From: Candidatus Omnitrophota bacterium
Lineage (GTDB): Bacteria > Omnitrophota > Omnitrophia > Omnitrophales > Aquincolibacteriaceae
Assembly (NCBI GenBank): GCA_022709525.1
Contig: JAKLIQ010000012.1
Coordinates: forward strand, 1 to 63,411
Reading direction: 5' to 3'
DNA length: 63,411 nt
The stretch's first letter is position 1. Each line of letters starts with the position of its first letter. Below are positions 39,559 through 47,827 of this stretch, one piece after another. Below the pieces are notes generated by a model, which ran no database searches, was not told the DNA's origin, and was given only the letters and a program-made list of their open reading frames with translations. Position numbers and translations under genes: made by a program.

Positions 39559-40161
39559 ATGTCATCTGTTTCCGGCTGCAAAGATCCTACCGCTTTAGAG
39601 CAAGCCTTGAAGCAATACGCCGCCGATTTTGCCGCGCAAAATTCAGCCGTACGGGTCGTGACCCGCGGACTTTCTCTTGTCGGTATCGGTGTGCGGCCCG
39701 TTCTCGACCATTTTATTTTCCGCACGGTCCATCTAAAAGAAAGATCCCGGGAGTTCCTGGACCTCGGCTACGAAAAAGATCCTTCCGCCAAAGTCCTGGA
39801 GCACAAGGGGCATGGTGTTGAGGTGCTTCGCTGCGGCTGCGCGCCGGCGATCCTGATCGAACATCCTCATGAAAAATCCGGGCTCGATTGGGTCGCGCAC
39901 TTCGGGGACAAAAAACCTTATGCGGCGGCTTTTCGCGTGGATGATATCGAGGAGGCCTCTTTCCGCCTCGAAAAACAGTCCGTGGGATTTATCCGGCCGC
40001 CGGCCGGAAAACACGGCGAAGCCCTTCGCGAGATCGCCGCGCTGCCGGAGATCAAAGATGAAAAAAATGCTTCTTATCTTTTATTGATCGAACGGCATGC
40101 CGGGGATCAGCGTTTTTATTCGCCGGATTTCTGGTTTGAGCATCTTCAGGCGAAACACTAA
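39559..40161 (+). CDS. hypothetical metalloenzyme-like protein (VOC / DUF1338-like)
   Basis: VLDHFIFRT motif resembles DUF1338 DHxAxRT; weak. Confidence 0.3.
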   Translation: MSSVSGCKDPTALEQALKQYAADFAAQNSAVRVVTRGLSLVGIGVRPVLDHFIFRTVHLKERSREFLDLGYEKDPSAKVLEHKGHGVEVLRCGCAPAILIEHPHEKSGLDWVAHFGDKKPYAAAFRVDDIEEASFRLEKQSVGFIRPPAGKHGEALREIAALPEIKDEKNASYLLLIERHAGDQRFYSPDFWFEHLQAKH

Positions 40162-40170
40162 AGGACCCTT

Positions 40171-41172
40171 ATGATCATCGGATTGACGGGCAAAAACGGT
40201 TCGGGGAAAGGGGAAGCCGCGAATTTCCTGAAAGAGCGCGGGTTTCATTATTATTCCCTTTCCGATGCTTTGCGCGAAGAGGCGCAAAAGCGCGGCAAGG
40301 AGATTACCCGCGATGTCCTGGTCATGCTCGGCAATGAGCTGCGCGAGACCGAAGGCCCCGGGTGCCTCGCTGAGAGGATCTTTTCAAAGCTCGATCCCGA
40401 AAAACATTACATCATTGACTCCATTCGCCATCCCGCCGAAGTGCAGGTTTTCCGCCGCCGCAAAGATTTCACTTTGATCCGCGTTCAAGCTCCGGACCGC
40501 CTGCGTTTTGAACGGCTCCGTCAGCGAGGCCGCGAGAGCGACCCTCAAGCCTGGGAAGATTTCCAGGCGCTTGAAGCAAAAGAGGCGAAAAGCGGCGTCA
40601 AGACCGATCAGCAGCTCGATCAAACAATCAAGCTCGCGAACGTCCAGATCGATAACAACGGGCCTCTCAAAGAGCTTCATGAAAAAGTGAAACACGTCGT
40701 TCTGGATATCTCAAAAAAAGAATCGCGTCCGGGTTGGGACGAATATTTCATGAATATCGCCAAGGTCGCCGCGCTTCGCTCCAATTGCATGAAACGCAAG
40801 ATCGCGGCCGTGATCGTCAAAGACAAACGCATTATCTCGACCGGCTATAACGGGACGCCGCGGGGGATCAAGAATTGCAATGAAGGTGGCTGCCCGCGCT
40901 GTAACGCGATCGACGCTTCCGGCAAGGACCTCGGCGAATGCCTCTGTTCGCACGGCGAAGAGAACGCGATCGTGCAAGCCGCTTATCACGGCGTCAGCCT
41001 TAAGGGTTCGACGCTTTATACAACGTTCTCGCCGTGCCTTATGTGCACGAAAATGATCATCAACGCCGGGATCGCCGAGGTTGTTTACGAAGCGCATTAT
41101 CCTTTCCTGGAACTATCCCTGACGCTGCTTCGTCAGGCCGGCGTGACGGTCCGCAAGATCGCCTCTTCCTGA
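40171..41172 (+). CDS. fusion protein: P-loop nucleotide kinase-like domain plus dCMP deaminase (ComEB-like)
   Basis: N-terminal IGLTGKNGSGKG P-loop; C-terminal CSHGEENAI...SPCLMCTKMI zinc deaminase motifs. Confidence 0.75.
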   Translation: MIIGLTGKNGSGKGEAANFLKERGFHYYSLSDALREEAQKRGKEITRDVLVMLGNELRETEGPGCLAERIFSKLDPEKHYIIDSIRHPAEVQVFRRRKDFTLIRVQAPDRLRFERLRQRGRESDPQAWEDFQALEAKEAKSGVKTDQQLDQTIKLANVQIDNNGPLKELHEKVKHVVLDISKKESRPGWDEYFMNIAKVAALRSNCMKRKIAAVIVKDKRIISTGYNGTPRGIKNCNEGGCPRCNAIDASGKDLGECLCSHGEENAIVQAAYHGVSLKGSTLYTTFSPCLMCTKMIINAGIAEVVYEAHYPFLELSLTLLRQAGVTVRKIASS

Positions 41173-41182
41173 AAAATTCTTT

Positions 41183-42340
41183 ATGAGCATGCCCGATAAA
41201 ACGTCTTCGGCAGGTCTCGGGCTTAAAGGTGTCGTCAAGTCCCAGCTCGATCAAAGCTACCATAGCCCCCTTATTGAAAAGATCCGCGCTTCCGGATTTT
41301 TCTTAAGATCCGGCCGGCTTGAGATCCATCTCGCGAAGGAATTCGGCTTCTGCTACGGCGTGGAACGCGCCGTGGAGTATGCTTATGAAACCCGCGCGCG
41401 TTTTCCCACGAGGCGTATTTTTCTTACCAATGAGATCATTCACAATCCAAGGGTCAACGCGGAGCTTCAATCCATGGGGATCCGGATCCTCGCCGACAGC
41501 GCTTCCGCTTCCGAGATCACCGGAAAAGATGTGGTGATCATGCCGGCTTTCGGGGTGCCCGTCGAAGCGCTCAAGCAATTCCGGGAAAGAGGATGTGTGA
41601 TCGTGGATACGACCTGCGGGTCTGTCATGAGCGTTTGGCGCCGCGTGGAATCCTATAACCGGGACGGTTTTACGGCCGTGATCCACGGTAAATACGATCA
41701 TGAAGAAACGCGGGCCACCTGTTCTCGCGCGGAAAAATACCTCGTCGTAAAAGATAAAGAACAAGCGGCCGTGGTCTGCGATTTTATCTCGGAGAAAACC
41801 AGCCGCGAAACGATCCTCGGGAGATTCCAAAACGCCTGTTCCGGAGGGTTCGATCCCGAAAAAGACCTCCAGAAGATCGGGTTCGCGAATCAGACCACAA
41901 TGCTTTCGCGTGAATCCATCGAGATCTCGGACATGCTTCGATCGGCTCTTCAGGAACGCTACGGCGCCGGCGCGCTGGCCGACCGTTTCCGCCATTTTGA
42001 CACCATTTGCTCCGCGACGCAGGACCGTCAGGACGCTATCCGGGAACTTGGCGAGAAAAAGATGGATCTCATCCTCGTGATCGGAGGGTATAAATCAAGC
42101 AATACGGGCCATTTGGCGGAGATCGCTTCCGGGTTCTGCCCGGCGTATCATGTGGAAGATGCGAGCTGTCTTTTGTCGCGCGAAAAAATCCGGCATAAAA
42201 AGATCGGAACACAAGAGATCCTTGAAACTGAAAAATGGCTTCCGGCCGGCGAGATCAAGATCGGCATTACGGCAGGCGCCTCCACGCCCAACCGCTTGGT
42301 CGAGGAAGTGATCCAGCGAATTTTGGATATTTCAAAATGA
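41183..42340 (+). CDS. ispH: 4-hydroxy-3-methylbut-2-enyl diphosphate reductase (long form)
   Basis: GFCYGVERAV, HNPRVN, TCGSV, ANQTTM, SSNTGHL motifs. Confidence 0.9.
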   Translation: MSMPDKTSSAGLGLKGVVKSQLDQSYHSPLIEKIRASGFFLRSGRLEIHLAKEFGFCYGVERAVEYAYETRARFPTRRIFLTNEIIHNPRVNAELQSMGIRILADSASASEITGKDVVIMPAFGVPVEALKQFRERGCVIVDTTCGSVMSVWRRVESYNRDGFTAVIHGKYDHEETRATCSRAEKYLVVKDKEQAAVVCDFISEKTSRETILGRFQNACSGGFDPEKDLQKIGFANQTTMLSRESIEISDMLRSALQERYGAGALADRFRHFDTICSATQDRQDAIRELGEKKMDLILVIGGYKSSNTGHLAEIASGFCPAYHVEDASCLLSREKIRHKKIGTQEILETEKWLPAGEIKIGITAGASTPNRLVEEVIQRILDISK

Positions 42341-42882
42341 CATTTTCAGAATTGGTCCAAAAACGGCGGAGTTTCCGAAAATACTCGGAGAGGCCGATTC
42401 CAAGAGAAGATATTCTCAAATGCCTCGAGGCGGCCCGGCTTGCGCCGTCGGCCTGCAATTCCCAGCCGTGGCATTTTATCGTGATCGATGAGCCGGAACT
42501 TAAAGCCCGGATCGCGGACCGGATCTTCTCAGGCATTTATTCAATGAATAAATTCGCCAAAGAAGCGCCGGCGCTTGTGGCGGTCGTTTCCGAGAAAATG
42601 AAATTTCTGGCCGCTCTCGGGTCGCAGGTCCGGGACACGCGCTATTTTTTGATGGATGTCGGGATCGCCTGCGAACATTTTATTTTGCAGGCCGAGGAGC
42701 TCGGGATCGGAAGCTGCTGGATGGGCTGGTTCGATGAAAAAGCCCTTAAAGAAGAGCTTAAGATCCCCAAAAATAAAAAGATCGATATTGTGATCGCTCT
42801 CGGCTATCCTGCGGAAGATAAGATCGTTCCTAAAATAAGGAAATCTTTGGAGGAAATGAGCTCATTTAACAAATATACTTGA
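42337..42882 (+). CDS. nitroreductase-family protein
   Basis: RRSFRKYSERPIP...APSACNSQPWHFIV; ATG overlaps the ispH stop. Confidence 0.8.
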   Translation: MTFSELVQKRRSFRKYSERPIPREDILKCLEAARLAPSACNSQPWHFIVIDEPELKARIADRIFSGIYSMNKFAKEAPALVAVVSEKMKFLAALGSQVRDTRYFLMDVGIACEHFILQAEELGIGSCWMGWFDEKALKEELKIPKNKKIDIVIALGYPAEDKIVPKIRKSLEEMSSFNKYT

Positions 42883-42915
42883 TCGAACAATGTATCTCAA
42901 CAAGAGGAGTTCCGT

Positions 42916-43077
42916 ATGAAAAAAATAGTTTGTCTATCCCTGATCCTGTTGGGGATCTTTTTTTCGGCGAATCCGTTTCTTTACGCCGAAGGTGATGATT
43001 CCAGCGTGCCGGATGTCGGCCCCTCGCATTACACAGGAGCCTGGTCAGATGAAGAAGGGAACAACTACTATGAATAG
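42916..43077 (+). CDS. small secreted acidic protein (53 aa)
   Basis: GAGGAG 6 nt upstream; MKKIVCLSLILLGIFFSANPFLYA signal peptide; shorter than the ORF-track cutoff. Confidence 0.4.
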   Translation: MKKIVCLSLILLGIFFSANPFLYAEGDDSSVPDVGPSHYTGAWSDEEGNNYYE

Positions 43078-43324
43078 CTTCCGGCGTTTTATAAAAGAAA
43101 AGACCGGGGTCTGGAACCTCATTTTTCTCTTCAGCTTGCTTGTCGCGGTTCCTTTTTCTTATGCTGCGGGAGAATTTGAAGAGGTTTTTAGCCAGGCCGA
43201 AGAGGAAGATTCGGACCCTTCGGCTTTTGAGGGTGATTCGGAGAATATGCCGGGGGAGAGGGCTCCGGAAAATATGCCGATGGATGACGCGCCCGTCGAT
43301 GCCGGGATTGGCGCGATACTCTGA
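43070..43324 (+). CDS. small secreted acidic protein (84 aa)
   Basis: Internal ATG gives MNSFRRFIKEKTGVWNLIFLFSLLVAVPFSYA signal peptide then a D/E-rich tail; overlaps the previous small ORF by 8 nt. Confidence 0.4.
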   Translation: MNSFRRFIKEKTGVWNLIFLFSLLVAVPFSYAAGEFEEVFSQAEEEDSDPSAFEGDSENMPGERAPENMPMDDAPVDAGIGAIL

Positions 43325-43327
43325 CCT

Positions 43328-43900
43328 TTAGGCGCGGCCGGACACTTCTCCGGTTTCGGTGTTGACGCGCAAGATCGTTCCCGTTTCCGCGTAAAGGGGC
43401 GCCTGGACTTCCAGGCCCGTTTCGAGCCTTGCTCTTTTAAGGGAACGCCCTGAAGCGGAGACCCCTTTGACAACCGGGTCCGTTTCCGTGATGGCCAGTT
43501 CGACATACACGGGAAGTTCAAGCGAGACCACGGCCCCGTTCAGTTTCAGGGCCAATACTTCCTGATTCTCCTTCAGATAGAGTTTCTGCTCCCCGAGTTT
43601 TTCCGCCGTAAGCATGAATTCCTCGTAGGCCACATTATCCATGAAGTGATACTCGGAGCCGGTAAGGTATTGAAAGACCGCGGGCACTTTTTCCACATCC
43701 GGGACCCCGAACTTTTCGCTTGTCTTGAAAGTCTTGTCCAGCACCGCGCCGTTCAGGAGGTTGCGCACCCTGGCCTTGACCATCGTGGAAGCGCCGCGCG
43801 CCGACGGCGTCGCGAATTTCACATCAAGCACGAAGTAGGGCTGTCCGTCCACGTTAATGTAAAGCTTCTTTTCTAATTCACTGGCTGAAATTTGAGACAT
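43328..43900 (-). CDS. efpL: elongation factor P-like protein (EfpL/YeiP type)
   Basis: The loop reads TPSARGASTMVKARV (compare E. coli YeiP SPTARGAATLYKMR) instead of the EF-P KPGKG loop; C-terminus ...GRA. Confidence 0.75.
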   Translation of the reverse strand: MSQISASELEKKLYINVDGQPYFVLDVKFATPSARGASTMVKARVRNLLNGAVLDKTFKTSEKFGVPDVEKVPAVFQYLTGSEYHFMDNVAYEEFMLTAEKLGEQKLYLKENQEVLALKLNGAVVSLELPVYVELAITETDPVVKGVSASGRSLKRARLETGLEVQAPLYAETGTILRVNTETGEVSGRA

Positions 43901-44107
43901 ACTGTTTCCTCAAAACATAAGTTCATTTCAGGAGTCGCTATTCTATCCAGGACCGGGAAGATGCCAAAGGTTTTCTGCTTGCAGGTTGGGTCCGATCGTC
44001 ACTGCGCTAATTGAAAAGGTTGGATGGAGGATTGGACATGCTTTCCAAAATCGGCCATAATGTTTCCGCGTTACCACTTCCAGCACTACTTTTGAGGGGT
44101 TTGAGCT

Positions 44108-44509
44108 ATGTTTAAAGTCGCGAAAATGATCCACTTCAATTACGGACATCGTCTTCTCGGGGGGCATGATCGTTGTTCCCACCTCCACGGCCACAGCGCG
44201 CGTGTTGAGATCGAAATGACACGCCCTAAACTGAACGCCCAAGGGATGGTCGTGGATTTTTTCGACATCAAACGCACGATCGGCGAATGGATCGACCGGA
44301 ATCTTGACCACAAGATGATCCTCTGGGACAAAGACCCCCTCACGAAACTTCTCAAAAAAGCCGGCGAGCCCGTGGTGCTTGTTAAAGAAAATCCGACTGC
44401 GGAAATGCTCGCACGCCGGATCTTTTTGGAAGCCCGCCGGATGAAACTTCCGGTCTCCAAGGTCACGCTTTGGGAGAACCAGGATAGCTTCGCGGTCTAT
44501 CAGGGATAA
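44108..44509 (+). CDS. queD: 6-carboxytetrahydropterin synthase
   Basis: CSHLHGHSARVEI motif; 133 aa. Confidence 0.85.
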   Translation: MFKVAKMIHFNYGHRLLGGHDRCSHLHGHSARVEIEMTRPKLNAQGMVVDFFDIKRTIGEWIDRNLDHKMILWDKDPLTKLLKKAGEPVVLVKENPTAEMLARRIFLEARRMKLPVSKVTLWENQDSFAVYQG

Positions 44510-44511
44510 GT

Positions 44512-47500
44512 ATGAGCAGGACCCTTCTTGTCGGCCCGGCAGGCTGCGGCAAGACGCACCAACTTCTTGATCATTTCGCAGAGGCGCTTAAAACAGCAGT
44601 AGACCCTCTTGCCGAAGACCTCTTCTTCATCGTTCCCTCCGCCGAACATACCGAACGCGTGATCTCGCTTCTCATGCAGCGGGGGCTTCGCGGATTTTTT
44701 CATAAGCGGGTGACCACGCTCTCCCGTCTTGCCGATGCTGTTTTCCGGATCCCGGATATTCCCGTTGCCACCAGCTTGACGCGCGCGACGATCGTCCGCG
44801 ACCTTTTCCGGGATAATGATTGGGAATATTTTAACGAGGCGCGGGAACAGCCGGGCTTTGCGGGATTGATGACGCAATTCGTGACGGAATTGAAGGAATC
44901 CTGTGTTTCCCCGGAAATCTTCCGCGAACGGATGAATGCGCTTAAAAGTTTTGAGCCGGCCTACGCTTCCAAATACGAGGCCCTTGCCGCTTTTTACGAA
45001 CAATACGAAATCCGGCTCAAGGAGCGGGGTCTCCGGGACAGTCAGGACGCTTTGCGTATTTTCCGGGAAAGAAAAAAGAAGGAAGGCGTTTCCGCCGCGC
45101 GATTCAAGGCGCTTTGGCTCGACGGTTTTTTTGATCTTTCCAATCTTCAGCTTGAATATCTCCGTGAACTTTCCGGCCTGGCGGAAAATGTGACCGTCAC
45201 TTTGACGATGGAAGAGGGGCGTGACGACGTCTTCGATCCCGCCGTCCGGACCCGGCGCGATCTTGAAAAAGCCGGATTTCAGGAGCAATCCGTGAAAAAA
45301 TCGTCCTGCCGCACAGAGCGGCCGGCGCTTCTTTTTCTTCAAAAAAATATTTTTTCAGAGAAGACCGCGGGAAAAGCCCCGGACCCCGGCAAGGAGATTG
45401 TGCTCCTTGAGGCGATCGGGACCGAAGGGGAGATCGAGCTTATCGCGCGCGAGATCCATAAGCTTTATGCTGCGGGCGGGTATCGTTATAGCGACTTTGC
45501 CGTTCTCTTCCGCCAGATCCGGGATTACGCGCCGGTGATCGCCTCCGTTTTTGCGCGTTACGCCATCCCCGCGGAAGTTCACGAGCGGGAACGCCTGAAA
45601 TTCTCTCCTTGGATCGCCGCCGCCGCGTCGCTTTTGACAGTCTTTAAGAACGGATGGCAACGCGGGGACCTTTTTGATTTTTTAAAGTCCGGTTATGTGC
45701 GGCAGACAGGGAAGGGCCTTGTAAAAAACAGCGAATGGATCATGGCGCTCGAGCAGTATGCTTCCCGGGACGGAGTGAAAGAGGGGCGTGATGGCTGGTT
45801 TCAAAATTGGGAATTTGAAGGATCGAAAGAGCGCGAAGCGCTCAATCAAAAGAAAACAGAAATGTTCAAGGCGCTTGCGGATCTTGAAGACCGGTTCCGG
45901 GCAGCAAGGACCGCGGGCGATCATGTCAGGATATTCCGGCAAGCGGTCTATGAGACTTTCGGGATCCCGGAGGTCAGTGATCACTATACCTCTTTAAACC
46001 GGCGTGACGCGGCTAGCGCTAGAAGATTTGAAGCTTTACTGCAAGAGGTCGAGCATTACGCTCAAAAAAACAAAGTTTCCGGGACTTCTTTTGAGGAGTT
46101 TGCCGATCATTTTCTGGGTCTTGTCGAACTTGATGTCTATTCGCTCCACGAACGGGACAAGAACCGCGTCCAGATCTATGACGTTTCGCTTGCCCGGCAA
46201 AAAGAGTACAAAGTTGTTTTTGTTTCCGGCCTTTTGGAAAAAGTCTTCCCGATGCAGGTCCGCGAAGACCCTCTGCTTTCGGATTGGGAACGCCAGCTGA
46301 TGAACGGCGGCATGCCCCATCCTTTGGCCGAGCGGCTGCCTCGCCAGAATATCGAGAGGCTTCTTTTTTATCTGGCCGTGACGCGCGCCAAAGAGCGCCT
46401 TTATTTCAGTTACCCGCACCTTGATTTTGAAGGCAAGGAGTCCCTGCCCTCGTTTTATCTCGAAGAGGTCAAAAATCTTTTTGAAGGGAAATTACCGCTC
46501 GTGCGGCAAGACCTGTCCCACCCCTTTCCCAAAATGGACGAAGCTGTTACCCGCCGGGAGCTGGAAGCGGCGGCGGCGGGGGTTCTGCGAGATCTGAAAT
46601 TCCCCTCCCCCAACCCTCTCCCCCTTTTGAAAGGGGGAGAGGACAAAGGTGAGGGGGATTTAAGCGAAGCTTTGTTCCGGCTGGCCGGAGATCCCGGTAG
46701 CCGCGAAAGATTTCTTTCCGCTTTGAGGCCGGTGGAAGCGAGGATCGCCGATGAAAAGATCCTTCAGGGAGGGTTTTTTCAGGTTAAAAAGACAAGCCCG
46801 ACACGGCTTGAGACTTACGCGAAATGTCCTTACCGCTATTTTGCGGAGAAGATCCTACGGCTGAACGATGACGCTGCGGACATGCGAGCTCTCCAAAAAG
46901 GGAGCATCCTACATCACGTTCTTCAGCGGTATTTTGACCCGAAAAGAGAAAAAGACCTTCAAGAAAAGCTCGAGACATTTATCTCCCGCGAGATCGAAGA
47001 GGGCCTGAAACAAAACCCCATGGTATGGGCGGAGCCCTATCAGGAGGCGCTCGACAGGCGGGAGCTTTTTGAAATGCTTTTCGATTTTTTAAATTACGAA
47101 ACCGAACGGCTCAAAAGCGCGTCTTTCAAACCTTTGCGGGTAGAGCATCCCTTTGGCGGGGAGGGAGAAGGGGAGGCGCCCGCGCTTGAAGTTGAAGGAG
47201 AGAGAAGGAAAATTCATATCCGGGGCCGGATCGACCGGATCGACGCGGATGATAAAAAAGAATTTGCCGTCGTGATGGATTACAAGCGTTCTTCGAAATT
47301 CGAGATCTCAAGCATGAAGCTCGGGACCGCGCTGCAGTTGCCGCTCTATCTTCTTGTCGCCGAACGGGACTTAAAGCTCAAACCTTTGGGCGGTGAGATC
47401 TATTCGGTCCGAGACCATAAGCGGAGCGGTTTTTATCGTGAGGAGGCCGCGGCGCATTTTGAAAAGGAATTCAAATCGCGCTCAAAGCTTCCGGATGAAG

Positions 47501-47727
47501 CATTCCAAAAGATCCTCGACCGAGCGCTTCTTTTTGTCCGGAAATTCGTCAAAGGGATCGAATCGGCCGCGATCCCCGCGCGCCCGCGCGATTGCGAATC
47601 CTTCTGTCCTTACGACACCGTCTGCCGGATCGAGAAATGGAAGATCCCCGTTATGCTTGAAGAGATCCTTGAAGAAGATAAAAAAGCGGGACTTCGCGAG
47701 GAAAATCCGGAGCCGGAAGAAACATAA
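44512..47727 (+). CDS. AddB-like helicase-nuclease subunit (PD-(D/E)xK nuclease with Fe-S cluster)
   Basis: N-terminal GPAGCGKTH; C-terminal CPYRYF...GRIDRID...MDYKRS...CESFCPYDTVC. Confidence 0.75.
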   Translation: MSRTLLVGPAGCGKTHQLLDHFAEALKTAVDPLAEDLFFIVPSAEHTERVISLLMQRGLRGFFHKRVTTLSRLADAVFRIPDIPVATSLTRATIVRDLFRDNDWEYFNEAREQPGFAGLMTQFVTELKESCVSPEIFRERMNALKSFEPAYASKYEALAAFYEQYEIRLKERGLRDSQDALRIFRERKKKEGVSAARFKALWLDGFFDLSNLQLEYLRELSGLAENVTVTLTMEEGRDDVFDPAVRTRRDLEKAGFQEQSVKKSSCRTERPALLFLQKNIFSEKTAGKAPDPGKEIVLLEAIGTEGEIELIAREIHKLYAAGGYRYSDFAVLFRQIRDYAPVIASVFARYAIPAEVHERERLKFSPWIAAAASLLTVFKNGWQRGDLFDFLKSGYVRQTGKGLVKNSEWIMALEQYASRDGVKEGRDGWFQNWEFEGSKEREALNQKKTEMFKALADLEDRFRAARTAGDHVRIFRQAVYETFGIPEVSDHYTSLNRRDAASARRFEALLQEVEHYAQKNKVSGTSFEEFADHFLGLVELDVYSLHERDKNRVQIYDVSLARQKEYKVVFVSGLLEKVFPMQVREDPLLSDWERQLMNGGMPHPLAERLPRQNIERLLFYLAVTRAKERLYFSYPHLDFEGKESLPSFYLEEVKNLFEGKLPLVRQDLSHPFPKMDEAVTRRELEAAAAGVLRDLKFPSPNPLPLLKGGEDKGEGDLSEALFRLAGDPGSRERFLSALRPVEARIADEKILQGGFFQVKKTSPTRLETYAKCPYRYFAEKILRLNDDAADMRALQKGSILHHVLQRYFDPKREKDLQEKLETFISREIEEGLKQNPMVWAEPYQEALDRRELFEMLFDFLNYETERLKSASFKPLRVEHPFGGEGEGEAPALEVEGERRKIHIRGRIDRIDADDKKEFAVVMDYKRSSKFEISSMKLGTALQLPLYLLVAERDLKLKPLGGEIYSVRDHKRSGFYREEAAAHFEKEFKSRSKLPDEAFQKILDRALLFVRKFVKGIESAAIPARPRDCESFCPYDTVCRIEKWKIPVMLEEILEEDKKAGLREENPEPEET

Positions 47728-47729
47728 AA

Positions 47730-47825
47730 ACAGTATGTAGTAGGTGGTAAGTAGTAGGTAGTTCTTTCCTTTAAATCTACAGGCAGCGTTTTTCCAGCTA
47801 TCACTTACCATTTACTACCTACTGC
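47730..47825. repeat. heptad-periodic hairpin element, flavour A (full two-armed copy) between convergent genes
   Basis: acagtat gtagtag gtggtaa gtagtag gtagttc (47730-47764); partner arm ctatcacttaccatttactacctactgc (47798-47825). Confidence 0.75.
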
Positions 47826-47827
47826 AA

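Noticed and set aside
43901-44107. Possible preQ1 riboswitch upstream of queD
   Set aside because: No short hairpin followed by an A-rich tail with the conserved CUA context. The region looks like a plain divergent promoter spacer.
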